Part shown: in pieces, positions 1 to 13,854 of the stretch
Layout: each line of letters begins with the position of its first letter
Position numbering within the stretch: position 1 is the first letter of the stretch
Assembly: GCA_951406725.2 (NCBI GenBank)
Contig: OX597815.1
Location: 30,628,001-30,692,000 of the forward strand
From: Octopus vulgaris
Lineage: Eukaryota
Direction of reading: 5' to 3'
DNA length: 64,000 bases
Translations under genes and position numbers: made by a program
Notes under the pieces: model-generated
Database searches by the model: none
What the model saw: the letters and a program-made list of their open reading frames with translations, nothing else
Told to the model about the DNA's origin: nothing

Positions 1-418
1 TCGATCCCAAAAGGATGATGGGCCAAGTCGACTTCGGTGGAATTTAAACCTGGAGCACTCCGTCGGTTACGACAACGAGGGTCCCAGCTGATGTGATCAA
101 CGGAACAGCTTGCTCGTGAAATTAACATGCAAGTGACTGAGCAATCCACAGACTCGTGTACCCCTAACGTAGTTGTCAGGGAGATTCAGCGTGACACAGA
201 GTGTGACAACTCATTTTTGCCAGCTGAGTGGACTGGAGCAACGTGAAATAAAGTGTCTTGCTCAAGGACACAACACGTCGCCGAGAATCGAACTCAAGAC
301 CTTACAATCGTGAGCCGAATGCCCTAACCACTAAGCCACGCGCCCTAAAACGTAAAGACAAACGAAATGTGACTAAGCATTTTGCGATTGTTCTAAGGAT
401 TCTGCAAGCTCGTCGCCT
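1..418 (-). mobile_element. SINE family A copy (tRNA-derived), split by a nested SINE; truncated by window edge
   Basis: 1-50 and ~346-418 join into the reverse complement of the family A 5' part seen intact at 58904 (ggcggcgagctggcagaa...gagttcaaattccgccgaggtcgactttgcctttcatcc). Confidence 0.8.
51..344 (-). mobile_element. tRNA-derived SINE family B nested in family A
   Basis: Minus strand starts ggcgcgtggcttagtggttaggg (A box) ... gagttcgattct (B box), then gtgttgtgtccttgagcaagacacttt. Confidence 0.85.
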
Positions 419-2391
419 TTAATCTGGAGTAATATATCGAACTTGGAGTGTAGTGCTCAAGTCCGAATATGGTTCCGCGAAAGCTACTTTATACTTATAA
501 AGTACCTTTAGTGACTACGGGAAAAACGGTTATCAGTGTTAACATAAGGACAATAGATTTACAAAACTAGGAATAGAGACATAAAATTAAACTCGGCATT
601 ACTCATAAGAAATTTTCCATGGTGGATTTAGTAAGTGACTTACTTTTCAGCACCACTCTTTGCATGACGGCTCTGGTAATTTAGGAGAAAGCCAAGGTGG
701 TTATTCTAAATTGCAACGAAATCCTTGTAAACACATTGAGTGGACTGAAGAAATCAGTTATAACCATAGCTTTCTCTTGGATGTCTTGTACTCTCTTGTA
801 TTGATGGTACTCAGCTACCCACATATACCAAATATATTTAAGTGCGAATCAGAGGCATATATTGAATTGTTTTTTTCCCTTTTACACAAATTATCTTCAG
901 TTATTTACCATTCATTTTCTGCATCCCATTATTACTGATATGTTTAAATACCCTCTTCATTTAATTCCTCGTGTTAATGTATTCAATCGGAAATCAACAA
1001 AGAAATTTAACAAAGAAAAATCAACAATGATACGTAAGGCTGTTTGACATCGAAAGATCAAACAGCGTATTTTGTTGAAAATTGCTTCTTTTTAATTGGA
1101 ATTACGTAATTTTTCATCTTTTATTTTTTATCGAAAGAACGAAATCACCAAAGGACTTCTTTCTCCAAAACTATTACATCGCAAAACTGCCGAACTTTAT
1201 ACTATCCAGAAGTCATGGAAACATTTAGCATTTTTAACATTTTAACATTTGGAACGCTACATCAGAAAAATTTTGTTTTGTATTTCTGTTGCTATACATT
1301 GACAGTCGTAACTACAGTTTCCAAAACAGTCTTATAACTGATGTAATTCGTCTCATATAATCAATAGCATATTAGGCAAAGTGAAAAAATAGCACAATCC
1401 CTAATTGACAGCATTTCAACCTCCACTGACTGTCATTCAAAATAGTGTTCAATTTTCAAGCAATGTATTCTATCATCTGTTACTGCAACTTATCGTATAT
1501 TCCAGAATTACGTTAATCATCATTTTGTTTCTGACAATACAAATTCACCTCTTTCATAAATTATTTAATGAAGAATGCCATGTAGTGATATATTGCTATG
1601 TATCTTTCTCTTCAATATGAACCGAACGATTACGTTTACATTCAAAATATATACTCAATTCAAAATATATACTTAATTCAAGGCGTAGTACAGGATTATG
1701 TATTTATCACTACCCGTACCTCTGGAAATTCCATGGTTATTTTGAAAAATTTAAACACGTACAAGACACTGAAATACATGTTTTCAGGTATAATTCTATT
1801 ACTAGCGGGACCCGTGAATTAATGGTAAACCTATCGGGTTATTTCTGAAAACTTCATCCAAAAACCTTGAAATTGTATCCTGTGTTGTATCTGTATGGAA
1901 AGATGGTTGCTCATCTGCTACTCATTGAAAAGTGAAAGAAATTAGGATATGATGATTACTTAATATACTTTATATATACATTTTATATAATATATGCACA
2001 ATTTTATAAACCGAATACTCAGCACTCATAAAATTGATATTCGCTCTTTTTCCATTTTTCCAATAAAAAATATTCTGTACATCTCATAAAACTTTAGTTA
2101 AATCGCAGATATCTGTCACGTAAATAAGCGTGAATATTTCACGGAATTGCACATATGCGCATGCGTTAAGTGATAGTGATATAAAAATAGTTCAATTATA
2201 AAGAATACACTTTTCACAATCCAATCACTACCATCGTCATCTCTCTCCTCTTTTCTCTCTCCCTTCTCTCTTTCTGACCTCTCTCTCTCTCTCCTCTCTC
2301 CACCTTTTTTAACTTCACCATCAGAATATCACTCCTCTGTTAAAATTATATTTTTAACTCTCCTCCTCTACCTTCAACTAACTTTTTAAAC

Positions 2392-2660
2392 CACGTAATA
2401 AATATTACGTTCCCCCTACCTCACGTCATGGACGCTTTTCTCTCCCTCCTTTTCTTTCTCCCTCATTCTGTCTCACTTTTCGCCTTATCCTCTTTTCTCT
2501 CTCCTTTTTGCTTTCTCCTCTCTTTCTCTTCAACTAATCATGTGAAAGCGTTACAATTACATTCCCTCTACCTCACGCCATGGACGCTTCTCCCTTCCTT
2601 TTCTCTCTCTCCTTCTTTCCTTTCTCCCTCTTTTTCTTTAATCACGTGAAAGCGTTAGCG
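2392..2660. repeat. Degenerate ~150-bp tandem repeat with CT-rich spacers
   Basis: ctacctcacg(t/c)catggacgctt at 2416 and 2568; ca(c/t)gtgaaagcgtta at 2539 and 2643. Confidence 0.7.
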
Positions 2661-2701
2661 ACGGTGTAAGTAACCCAATGACAAGCAGAATTATCATAAA
2701 A

Positions 2702-3043
2702 CTAGCAGTATCACCCGGCGTTGCTCGGGTTTGTTTCGACCCTTTAGAATTGGAATTTTTGAAAAGTAAAAATTTTCCATTATGTAGCTTGTTATTCTCT
2801 TTAAGTGAAAGTTTTTCTCGTTGAAATACACCGAAAAATGGCGACACGGTAGTAAAAAAATTGTAAAAAATAGGGATTTTCATAGAAAAAAAGCACCTTT
2901 TTGATGTAAATAATTTTTGGTATTAACATGGTCCGATTTGAATTTTTTCTTGTACGGAGTAAAGAGCAAGCCTTCTTTTATCATACTCACAATTTGGTTA
3001 ACTTGCGCCGCAGGGTCTCGGAGGAGATAGTGTTAGTTGAAAG

Positions 3044-3107
<64 letters not shown>

Positions 3108-3130
3108 ATTGATATTTATCAGTAGTAAGA
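2702..3130 (-). mobile_element. Non-autonomous Helitron with internal (CTAT)n
   Basis: Minus-strand 3' end has hairpin cccgagcaacgccggg then CTAG|T, the same end as the 4210 and 29429 copies. Probable 5' end TCTTACTACT at 3130; the flanking base is not the canonical A. Confidence 0.7.
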
Positions 3131-3287
3131 GAGGGACTCAAGAGCTGAGTGTTTCATGCATTAGCACTTATACGTGTGTATATGTATACATACAGACATG
3201 CATACATACATACACACACATACATATATATATACATATATACATATACGTATAAATATATGTATATATATACATGTATATGTATAT

Positions 3288-3360
<73 letters not shown>

Positions 3361-4092
3361 TATATACATGTCTATATATTATAGATAAATTAAAATATTT
3401 ACCAGTCTATCGTTTAGAAATGATGTACATGATACATGTATAATAGATAAAGTCTTCAATTTCGTGCCTTAATTATAGCGCAACAAATATAATCTACTGC
3501 AGGGTAACATTACAAATAAAATACGTATTAAAAAAGGGCTCACGCAGAACATAATTCTTTAATAATTCAGACAGTATTTCCTACGTTATCAATTGAAATT
3601 CAAGGCGATTTCATATTGAAACAATTTTACGGTTCGTTGAATAATTATATTTAAGTGATATGGATGCTCCAATAGTGGTAGGTTGCGAATGGCAATACGA
3701 TTTTTATTCTAGATTTGGAAACTGGAATTCAAGATTGTTTTTATTTCATAATTACTCTTTGTATTGCTTTCAAAGTGGTACATAGGAAAGCATACACAAT
3801 GTCATCAGCAACACAAAATGCGTCATCTTGTAAAGTTGATTATTAAACTAAATATAATTGTAGACGCTATACAATTAAATTACTGTAATAGTCAAACACA
3901 AAACACTATTCTATACACACATGAACACACGCACACACGTATACCTACCTACACGCACACACACACATATATATGACTTACATACACGTATATGTACATA
4001 TAGATATACATAGAGATTCACATGTATACACACACATTATGCACATTTACACACATATATACATCTATATATATTTAGGTGTACGTTTAAAT

Positions 4093-4139
<47 letters not shown>

Positions 4140-4141
4140 CT

Positions 4142-4209
<68 letters not shown>

Positions 4210-4604
4210 CTAGCAGTATCGCCCGGCGTTGCTCGGGTTTGTAAGGGAAATAACTATATAAGCATTTTTAGAGAGTTATAGCCAAAAAATAGGAAAAAAA
4301 TGCATTAAAAATGGAAAAAAAATTAAGGTAAATTTCTTTTTAAATCGTTGACACATCGTAGATATTTTTAGAGAGTTACTTCCCTTATATAATAGCGAAA
4401 AAAATGCATTAAAATGGAAAAATATGATGGTAAATTTTTTTAAATCGTAGACTCATCGTAGACGCGCTAATACCCAGAAGGGCTCGATATGACTCACGAC
4501 TATAAGATACCCGGTTTTGGTTAAACTGCACTGCAAAATGTGGGAGTAGTTAGGAATCTAAATCGTAGGAGACAGACACACAACTTGACTTTTATATATA
4601 AAGA
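4210..4604 (-). mobile_element. Non-autonomous Helitron, complete, with two copies of an internal ~100-bp unit
   Basis: A|TC 5' end (4604), GC hairpin plus CTAG|T 3' end (4210), no TSD; same family as 29135-29429. Confidence 0.9.
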
Positions 4605-4712
4605 TATAAGTTACGTAGTTATATACACATATGTTGTTATATACACATTCTTAAAAGTAAATGTTATTTTGAATACAACATTTATAAAGAATAAAATATT
4701 TTTTGGTTTTTC

Positions 4713-5000
4713 TTAACCCTTTCGTTACTATATTTCTGACCAAAATACACCCCTTATGTGTTTGAATTATTTTCTAACGTAATCATAAATTTAGTCTGGT
4801 TTCATTAAACAACAATAACTTTTTTATTTATCAATATATTAATGTGATTTTTGGAAGATAATTTAATGAAATGTCCTCAACCAATTCTATACTATAATTT
4901 TAGTCACAAAGTGACTCTAATTGCAGGAAGATACAGGTAAATTCAACAATATATAAAATTATTAAAATTTTGTTCAAACATCGCTATAGAAAATGGGTTA
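4713..5000. mobile_element. Degenerate piggyBac-like MITE
   Basis: Left end TTAA|CCCTTTCG; degenerate right end gaaaatgggtta. Confidence 0.4.
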
Positions 5001-5499
5001 TTAGCTAATATTCAATTGGGTATACAACAAAATTTTACGATAGAATTTGTTATTCTGGGTAACTTTCTGATACCCATAATAATATTTATGGCAAAATAGG
5101 TCTTAATTTCATTTAAGGTTGTGGGAAATAACAAACTATTCTTTCTTTCGTTTTGTTTACGTTTAGCGTAACAGTTCGTTTCCGCGTAATGATTTCAAAT
5201 AGGCTCATTCGAAAAAGTAAAAAGAAATAGTCTAAGGCTTTACTCTTCTGGGAAAGTCTGTGGCTTGGTCCAGTTTCTTCAGAAAAATCACCGAAAGAAA
5301 CAGTTTTTAAATTTTCACTCCATTCAGGTACCAATTCGTTTTCTTTATCGCTATCGGATTCACTGTTTTCACTTTAATAGCTGCAAACTTGCAAAGACAA
5401 AGGAGGAGAAGGGTGATAGCGTCAGTGAAACAATTCGCTCCGTTTGTGTGTGTGTGCGTTTGCGTGTGGTGTAAACCACATTAAGAAAAGCATTTGACA

Positions 5500-5686
5500 T
5501 ACACACCAGAATGTGAGTTTTCTTTAAATTTTGCTTAATTGGAGTTTAAATTTTAAAAACTGGACCTGGCATGACCCGATGCATTGTACTCTTAAAAATG
5601 CTAGGTAAATTGTAATTGAAGAAATCCTATATTGTAGATTTGTATAACTCCCAAAGGGAGGCAGATAAAATCTGCCTTTTATAATA

Positions 5687-5691
<5 letters not shown>
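5500..5691 (-). mobile_element. Probable Helitron 5' end; left boundary not defined
   Basis: Minus strand begins A|TCTCTTATTATAAAA, followed by perfect hairpin aggcagat-3nt-atctgcct (5659-5677). No nearby CTAG end seen. Confidence 0.45.
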
Positions 5692-5727
<36 letters not shown>

Positions 5728-5729
5728 CC

Positions 5730-5850
5730 TGTGCGTTTGTGTCCGTATTTGTGCCCCACCTTCACTTGACAACCGAGGGTGGTGTGTTTACGTCTCCGTA
5801 AACTAGCGGTTCTGCAAAAGAACCGAAAGAATAAGTATCAGTCTTACAAA
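5730..5850 (+). mobile_element. SINE family C, 3' half fragment
   Basis: cttgacaaccga..ggtgtgtttacgtctccgtaa..tagcggtt..gcaaaag..gaataagta matches the family C 3' half. Confidence 0.8.
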
Positions 5851-5874
5851 ACTGCTGTTATGCTTCTTATCCTT

Positions 5875-6250
5875 TCTTTTATTTTTTCTTTCACGTGTTT
5901 CAGTCATTATGCTGCGGCTATGCTGGAGGACCGTCTTGAAGAACGTTTAGTCGATTTGAGTCGATCCCAGTACTTTTTTTTAAGCCTGATACTTATTCTA
6001 TCGATGGCCTATGCTGAACTGCTAAGTTACGGGGGACGTAACCTCACCAAAATCGGTTGTCAAACGGTAGTGGGGGACAGACACAAGCACAAGGACACAC
6101 ACACGCGCACACATACTCATACATACATATTACAACGAGTTTCTTTCAGTTTCTGTCTAACAACTCCACTCGCAAGTCGGCTATAGTACATGTCAGTTGC
6201 CCAGGGTGCCATTCAGTGGAACCACGTCGTTGTGAAGCAAGGTTCTTATC
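5875..6250 (-). mobile_element. SINE family C, degenerate
   Basis: Reverse complement of family C from tail (tgtttcagtcatt) through the CA tract to the head (ttgcccagggtgcca). Confidence 0.8.
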
Positions 6251-6365
6251 AAAAATATGAGGGCCAAGGACCGAGTTTTCTACTTGGTCATTTGATTTGC
6301 TAGAAATAATAAATTTGCAAGAAATCGTACCCTACATATATACATATACATACATATGACTTTAC

Positions 6366-6403
<38 letters not shown>

Positions 6404-6404
6404 A

Positions 6405-6477
<73 letters not shown>

Positions 6478-6495
6478 GTCTGTCTGTCTGTCTGA

Positions 6496-6528
<33 letters not shown>

Positions 6529-6614
6529 ATCTAGCTAGCTAGCCAAGTAACTAGCTACCTCTGTGTGTGTATGTGTGTGTGCATGTGTGTATGTATACAT
6601 ATATGAGACAGAGA

Positions 6615-6654
<40 letters not shown>

Positions 6655-9034
6655 AGTTTAGTATTACTATGTGCATAAATGCGAACATACAGCCATTCAT
6701 TTAAAAACCAATTTCACATAGAAAATGTGTTCATTTTAGACTTATCGTGCAGGGACCACAATATCCATAGAATACATATAACGATTATGTTAATCTACCT
6801 TGTTTTGCTTACATAATATCTATGTATGGGTGCATACATTGCCGATGGAGCGGGAGGAGAAAAAAGATCAAATGAGGAAATGTCGTATCTTCCAATACTT
6901 GCGCATCGAAGGGAGCTGCCCAGTGAAAAGTGACTTATGAGAATGAGCAATCTACCTAAAGTGGTTACTTGTGAAGAAAGTAGTGCCTATCAGGATATTG
7001 GAAATATCCAAGTAATATATCTTATGTTTTCCTCGGAATTTGCCTTGGATCACTATTAGTAGATTCTACGTTAGAAGAAGAAAATGGAACAGGAGGTGAA
7101 TGCTAAGCTTCTGGAATTTATATGTACGTCAGCAGTTGTCATTATGAGACATATACTTCTCTAACCATGAGGAGTTCGATAAGTAAGAGACATTTAGCAC
7201 CTGTATAAATCAAAGTAATGAATCGGTGAGAAAGGTGAGGAGCAATGCATACCTGTTTACCTTATATTGATGTCAGACATTAGAGTGAGTTCATGCTAAA
7301 GCTCCTTAACTTCTCAGTGTTTCTTATGGCAACGATGTACACAGAAGATAGAAATGGTAGCTGACAAATTGATTTGTTTAAGAAAGAAATATAAAAAAAG
7401 GAGAAACACTTTTACATGTTTAAACTTTCCGGACAACAAACCGAAGTAAGAACACCATTATCTCTTTTCATTGATATAGAAAATGTGATTATAGGGTGGA
7501 ATTTTCAGTACATTTTAGACAATAGGGAAGGCGGCATTTATCAGTTTGAGAACGACTGTTGTATGGATAATTACATCGACTTCAAATACCAATTGCATCC
7601 ACGTAAAATACACCCAGGTGCGATTTAAGCAAAAAACATAAATGGATGAAACCAAAGACACAATATATTTCATCCAACGCTCTACCGATTCTGTCATCAT
7701 AAGCCACAATTTTACCATAGATTTCTTGCAGTTTCAATGTGTAGGTCAGCTGCTATAGCGTTAGATTATTATTATTATTTCGTTCTTTGTCACTCTTGAT
7801 TCAGCAAACCCGAAATATATAGAAGTCCTTCAAATCGCTGCCTTCACCTCTGATTTTTATACATGGTATATCAAGGTTCAGCATTTCTAACGTGTCCTTC
7901 CGTTGTATAGACAGTATGATGTGATTTGAACGATATGTGGCTTTTACACGAGTTGGAGAGTTAGCAATAACAGTCTGTTAGTTTTAATGCCGGCTGTTAC
8001 AGAACAAAAAGATAAAACCAAAGAAGAAAACATTCATACACACAAGATTGCACACACACACACACACACACAAAAGCACACACACACAAAAGCACACACA
8101 CACGCACACGCACATATACATATGCTTATATGTATATACATATATGCATATATATACATATATACATACTTATACATACATACATACGTATATATATATA
8201 TATCTATATATATATTTATATATGTATATCTGTATGTATGTATGTATGTAGGTATAAGTATGTTTATATGTATATATATGCATATATATATATGAGCGAA
8301 TATATACGTGTGTGTATGACTAAACGATATATCTAAGCATTTATGTCTGTGTGCATTTATATATATATGTGTGTGTGTGTGTGTGTGAGTGTATGTGTGT
8401 ATGTTTATACACACACATATACACGTACACGTAGACTCCCCCCACACACACAAACATATATACATATATGCTTTCACTGGCATACACATCTGTATAAGTG
8501 TGCGCGTGTGTGGATAAAACAGCTGCCTTAGTAATAAAAATAAATTGTTTGAAGCAAATTAGTCGCCATATTCCCAATATACTTTGGTACATTTGCAAGT
8601 ATGAAGAGAAAATAAACAATACATATCTCCACTTTATGTTTACCATTAGGAATTTCAGTAAAAATTATCTTTTATTCCCTATATTTCCTAATGTATTTGT
8701 TTATTTTAAATGTCTATATAAACATATTATTGAATACGTAAGTAACCTCACGACTACCTCTAAACGATACAATAAAAACTGAAAGATGAAAACTGATACA
8801 GAAAAAATACAAAATGTCAGAGTAGAGGACATTTAGAAGATATACCGAGGTAATTCTTTGTAAATAATACTCTACATTTACCTCGCCGTATATCTGATAT
8901 TCTTTCACTTCTGTCAGAAATGAAATTTGTTTTCATACATACACACTCACCACCACCCAATATAAACATATATATATGTGTGAGTGTGTATGTGTATGTG
9001 TGTGAGAGAGAGAGAGAGAGTCAGTGCGTGTCTG

Positions 9035-9087
<53 letters not shown>

Positions 9088-9566
9088 CCTTGTGAGTGTG
9101 CGTGTGGGTATACATACAGACATATAATTCATTCGTTGAATGCTAGGACTTGGAAGTCTCTTTGCGCCTTCTTCTCCTAATTAGTGTGCTAGCATCGAGA
9201 GTGATCAGCTGAAATACTTGCGTAATAACTTCCCAATTCTATCGCAATTTTTGCTGGATCTCGTAGTACTGGTGTATTCCGGTAACAAGAGGAATATTTT
9301 AAACTCGAAGCAATTTCTGAAAATCTTGTGTCTGGTAGAATCGTTAACGGTCTTACCCAAATTACTTTTTTTTTTAATATCTAGCTTTTTAGGCTTTGCT
9401 TTCAAATCTTGCCAAGGTCAACTTAACAGTCCTTCCTTTTGGTGTAAGTAAAAATATTATCGGTCAGTTACCGGAGACAGTTTAATTATTAGCCTTTCGC
9501 TACGAGTCAATCAGAAAGGAATTTTATATTAGTTTAAAATGTCATTACACTTACAGACAGTCACTG

Positions 9567-9690
<124 letters not shown>

Positions 9691-9757
9691 CATATATATA
9701 CATACACATATTTATATATATATATGTGTATATATACATATATACCTACACACACAT

Positions 9758-9796
<39 letters not shown>

Positions 9797-11323
9797 GTAT
9801 GTGTGTGTGTGTGTGTATGTACACGTATGGCTGCTGTTACTTTCCTCATAACTTTCTTAATAGTGTATTTATAATTTTTTAATGAATAGTTTTTGCATCA
9901 AGTTTTCGAAGGTGCTGAAAGGATTATACTGATGACATTTTTTTTAATTGAAAAAATAATAGAAAAAAAAATTAAGAAAATGTTATTACCCAGCAATAAA
10001 GACATGCATGTCCTTTTAACAATTCAATGATATATTACTTATGAACATTGTGCAACATCCAAAAATATATCTGACATTAACTAGATTCATTTTATTCATC
10101 ATTACTATGAAATTGGAAGGCACGATGAAATATTTAGCAACGTAAGTATACATACATACATATATATACATACACACAGACACATGTATATATATATGTA
10201 TACCTACATATGTGTGTATATATATATATGTGTGTGTGTGCGTGTGTGCGGTGTGTGTATATGTTCAGTGGAACACTAACTCCATTTGTAATATTATACA
10301 ATCCAATTGTGTGGTTATGTCATTTAGAACATATTTTTGACAAAAAGTCAACGTATCATTTATTACATGTTTAAATGTGAAGGACTGAACTCATTAGCGA
10401 AGAGGGATAACATGCAGAAGACAGTAATAACATACTGGGGGCTCGTGTATTTAGGTGTGTGTTGTGTCTGTCGCCTAGGCTGAAGGGTGGCTGTGTGCGC
10501 GGATAAGAGTGTAATTAGTAGAAGGAATTAAGAGGGCAAAAAGGAGAAAAGAGATATGAGAGTGAGAGAGAGAAAGCGGGTAAAGAGAGTGGGAGGAGAG
10601 AGAGAGAATAGAAATAGGGAGAAAATGGAGGAAATCGTTCAATGATAGACATTTGTGCAAAGCCAGATACAGAATTAGTGAAAGAGCATTTGGGTACAAG
10701 TAAAAAGTCTATATGATCCTTTAATTTGACACGCGTAAAACTGAAATGTCGGAAACTCTTATTTCTGATTGTGACCAAGTTACTTTAGCAGAAAATAGGT
10801 TAGCGCTTTTATTCAACATAGTACAAGAAGGATAGGGCAGGGATGAGTTGGATATTTCCTTATGTTATCTAGCTTGTTATCTGACATGGGAGGCGTGAAA
10901 TTTGGCTTTCGTCCATCCGGACGGATAATATATTTCTTTGTCATTATTGTCAGTGTGTCTATTGTTGGTGACTCTCAGATCAAGCAGACGATCGACGGCA
11001 TCTTTTCGGGACAATCTCCATCTTTGTCATATAGTTACTTCGCATATGTGTGCATGTATCTACATTTGTGATTTTGTGTATATATATTCACACATCAGTT
11101 TGAAAGAAGGATAAAGTTTGTGTGCGTGTGTGAGTAACCTGTGGATCTGAAAGGTCGAATGACCATTAAATGCACCCACGCAAGTACGTATATTTAATTG
11201 CATTGATGTCAAATCAGGTTGAGCACTTCCTTTCATCGATACATTAGAGCCCTCTACATAGACATAATTTATCATGACATATAAAGAGAAGAGTGTAAGT
11301 ACAATAATTTACTGTGGTACTAA

Positions 11324-11530
11324 GGTGGTGAGCTGGCCGAATCGTTACCGCGACGGAAAAAATGCTTAGCGGCATTTCATCCGTCTTTACGTTCTGAGTT
11401 CAAACACCACCGAGGTCGACTTTACCTTTCATCCTTTCGGGGTCGATAATAGTCACCAGTTGAACACTGAGGTCGATGTAATCCTCTTCCCCCCACCTCG
11501 AAATTGATGACTTTGTGCCAAAATTTTTAA
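11324..11530 (+). mobile_element. SINE family A, tail variant A2
   Basis: Family A head and ttcatcctttcggggtcgataa core; TSD-like taatttactgtg at 11305 and 11532. Confidence 0.85.
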
Positions 11531-11585
11531 TTAATTTACTGTGAAATATAATTAGCATAATCTTTTAATTCAATAACATTATTTG

Positions 11586-11685
11586 CAATATAATTTGTGA
11601 TCTAGTAATATTAATTACAATCTAATTTATGACCTAGTAATATTAATTACAATATAATCTGTGATTTAGTAAAATCAATTACAAT
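11586..11685. repeat. ~32-bp minisatellite, about 3 copies
   Basis: Unit caatataatttgtgatctagtaatattaatta, repeated with substitutions. Confidence 0.8.
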
Positions 11686-12829
11686 TTCATTTAGATAGAT
11701 TAAATGAAATATGTTTTGATATGTTTTTTCCCCTTTAGTCAAGGATATAAAGAAATTCGCATGTATATATGGATATATGCATCTATGACTGTATGTTAGC
11801 TTATACTTATTTATTAATGTATATCTCTATTCATATATGTATAAATGAATATATGTTTGCACGTAAATCTAATGCAGAAATATTCTTTACAGATTCATCC
11901 AACCCTCTGAGATATCTTTTCTTCCTGAATCGTGATCAGGTTTTCGGGCTAGACAAGGAATCTATGACATGATATTTTGTGTTCGATACGTACAAAATAA
12001 AAGCTAAACAGAACCTTGACCATTATCACTTCTCTATTGACTTCACTATGATCCTTGATTCAGTAAATCATCATACGTTAAGGGCAATTCTTGTAAAATT
12101 AATTGTCTTGATAAATTTACAATTATTGTGAACGATCTTCCAACATGATAGGAGAGAATATTCAGACTTATCTTACATCAATGGTGATGTAAATACAGGG
12201 TGATATAATGATATAATATCCGTACGCTAGTTGACGTACATTTCACAATAGATTTTTCTGGAAACTTTTTCCAACTATACCCTAAGGCTATATGTGTGTG
12301 TGTGAGCGCGCGCGTGCTTGTGTGCGTGTGTGTGTGCAGGCGTGTGTGTTTGCATGTGTGTGTGTTGATAGACACACACACAAACGCGCGCGCACACATT
12401 TACAGCAGAACTGTTAAATTGCTCAACCTCAAGCAGCTAAATTTTAAACTAAACTTCTCTCTAACTCTATGCTGATGTCTATGACGTTATCGCACACAGT
12501 TCTAAAGTTCAACAAATATCTGTGGATAGTATATCACTGTCATATCACATGTTGGGCTTCATAACAAACCACAATAAAGCATTTATATATATATATATAT
12601 ATATATATGGTGTACAGTTATAAGGATTGCTCTGGAAAGTTAGATGCGCTTTCCGAAATTGAAATTTGGGAACTCGTATCTTTCTTCAAATATTTTGGCA
12701 GCATGGTAAACAAAGATTGTCTTGGCGTAATTACATATGGAATTCAATAGTCTAACCTATGCCTAGCTACGTCTGTGCATACATAGCTTTTAGAAAATTA
12801 CATATATATATGTATAAATATATATATAT

Positions 12830-12885
<56 letters not shown>

Positions 12886-13006
12886 GTATATATATATATG
12901 TATATATATATATGTATATATGTATGTATATATTTATGTATATATATATATATGTATATATATATGTACATATATACACATATATACATATATATGCGCG
13001 TGTGTG

Positions 13007-13390
13007 TGTAAATTATTAAGGTGGTTATTCGCAATTTACAACTAAAATGCATAAGTATATTCGTTCCTAAAGTGTCTTAGGGTGCCAGTCAGCACCAGCA
13101 TTGCTAGAAATAAGAGTCAAGATAACTCTTCATCATGTGAGATCACTTTTCTAACGAATGTCAAGGGGGCAAGCTCCATACAGCAAGTGGAATGGAGTCA
13201 TATCATAGATGATTTCAGATTTGATTCATCTTCATCAGTGGCATATTCCTGTATCGAGGGTTAGAAACTTAATTCACCTTATCATTCTTATAGAGAATAC
13301 CGTAGGAAACTTTGAATTGTTCCGAAAACGATGTAGTGAGAATTGTAAATTATTAAGGTGAGTATTTGCAATTTGCAAACTAAAGGCACA
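13007..13390 (-). mobile_element. 337-bp unit bounded by ~45-bp direct repeats and containing an HHR (Penelope pLTR-like or retrozyme-like)
   Basis: tgtaaattattaaggtg..tatt(c/t)gcaattt..aactaaa..gca at 13007 and 13344; HHR motif inside. Confidence 0.65.
13189..13249 (-). ncRNA. Type I hammerhead ribozyme motif
   Basis: Minus strand: ggaat-atgcca CTGATGA agat(gaatcaa)atct GAAA tcat(ct)atga TA tgactcc-attcc. Intact core, stems II and III pair, AUA triplet, interrupted stem I. Confidence 0.7.
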
Positions 13391-13395
13391 ATATG

Positions 13396-13649
13396 AGAGC
13401 GCATGCCCTAGCAGTTAAGGTGATGGACTCACTATTGCGCGGTGAATGGTGCGTTGTGTTCTTGAACAAAATACTTCATCACACGTTGCTCTCCGATCAC
13501 TTCGACGCCTGACGTGCGGGACACAGTGCATCTCTTCAGATCACATTGATTTAATGGAGAGAGTGAGCTAATGTGTGGCATGGACATTTGATCACTGTAA
13601 AGAAATCATTTGTGCAGGTCGTTCGGCAAAAAAGGCTGAGCGCTCATTG

Positions 13650-13652
<3 letters not shown>
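13396..13652 (+). mobile_element. Degenerate tRNA-derived SINE family D
   Basis: Degenerate A-box head and gcgttgtgttcttgaacaaaatactt..cacgttgctc shared with family B; different 3' part. Confidence 0.6.
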
Positions 13653-13689
<37 letters not shown>

Positions 13690-13793
13690 ACATATACATA
13701 TACATGCATATATATATATACACCCACACACATATATATGTGTGTGTACACACATATATATATATGTGTGTACATATATATACATATATATAC

Positions 13794-13854
<61 letters not shown>

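Noticed and set aside
6830-7720. Higher-complexity stretch with short ORFs as possible host exons (also 42570-42990)
   Set aside because: No recognisable protein motif or convincing splice structure; small exons cannot be excluded without RNA-seq.
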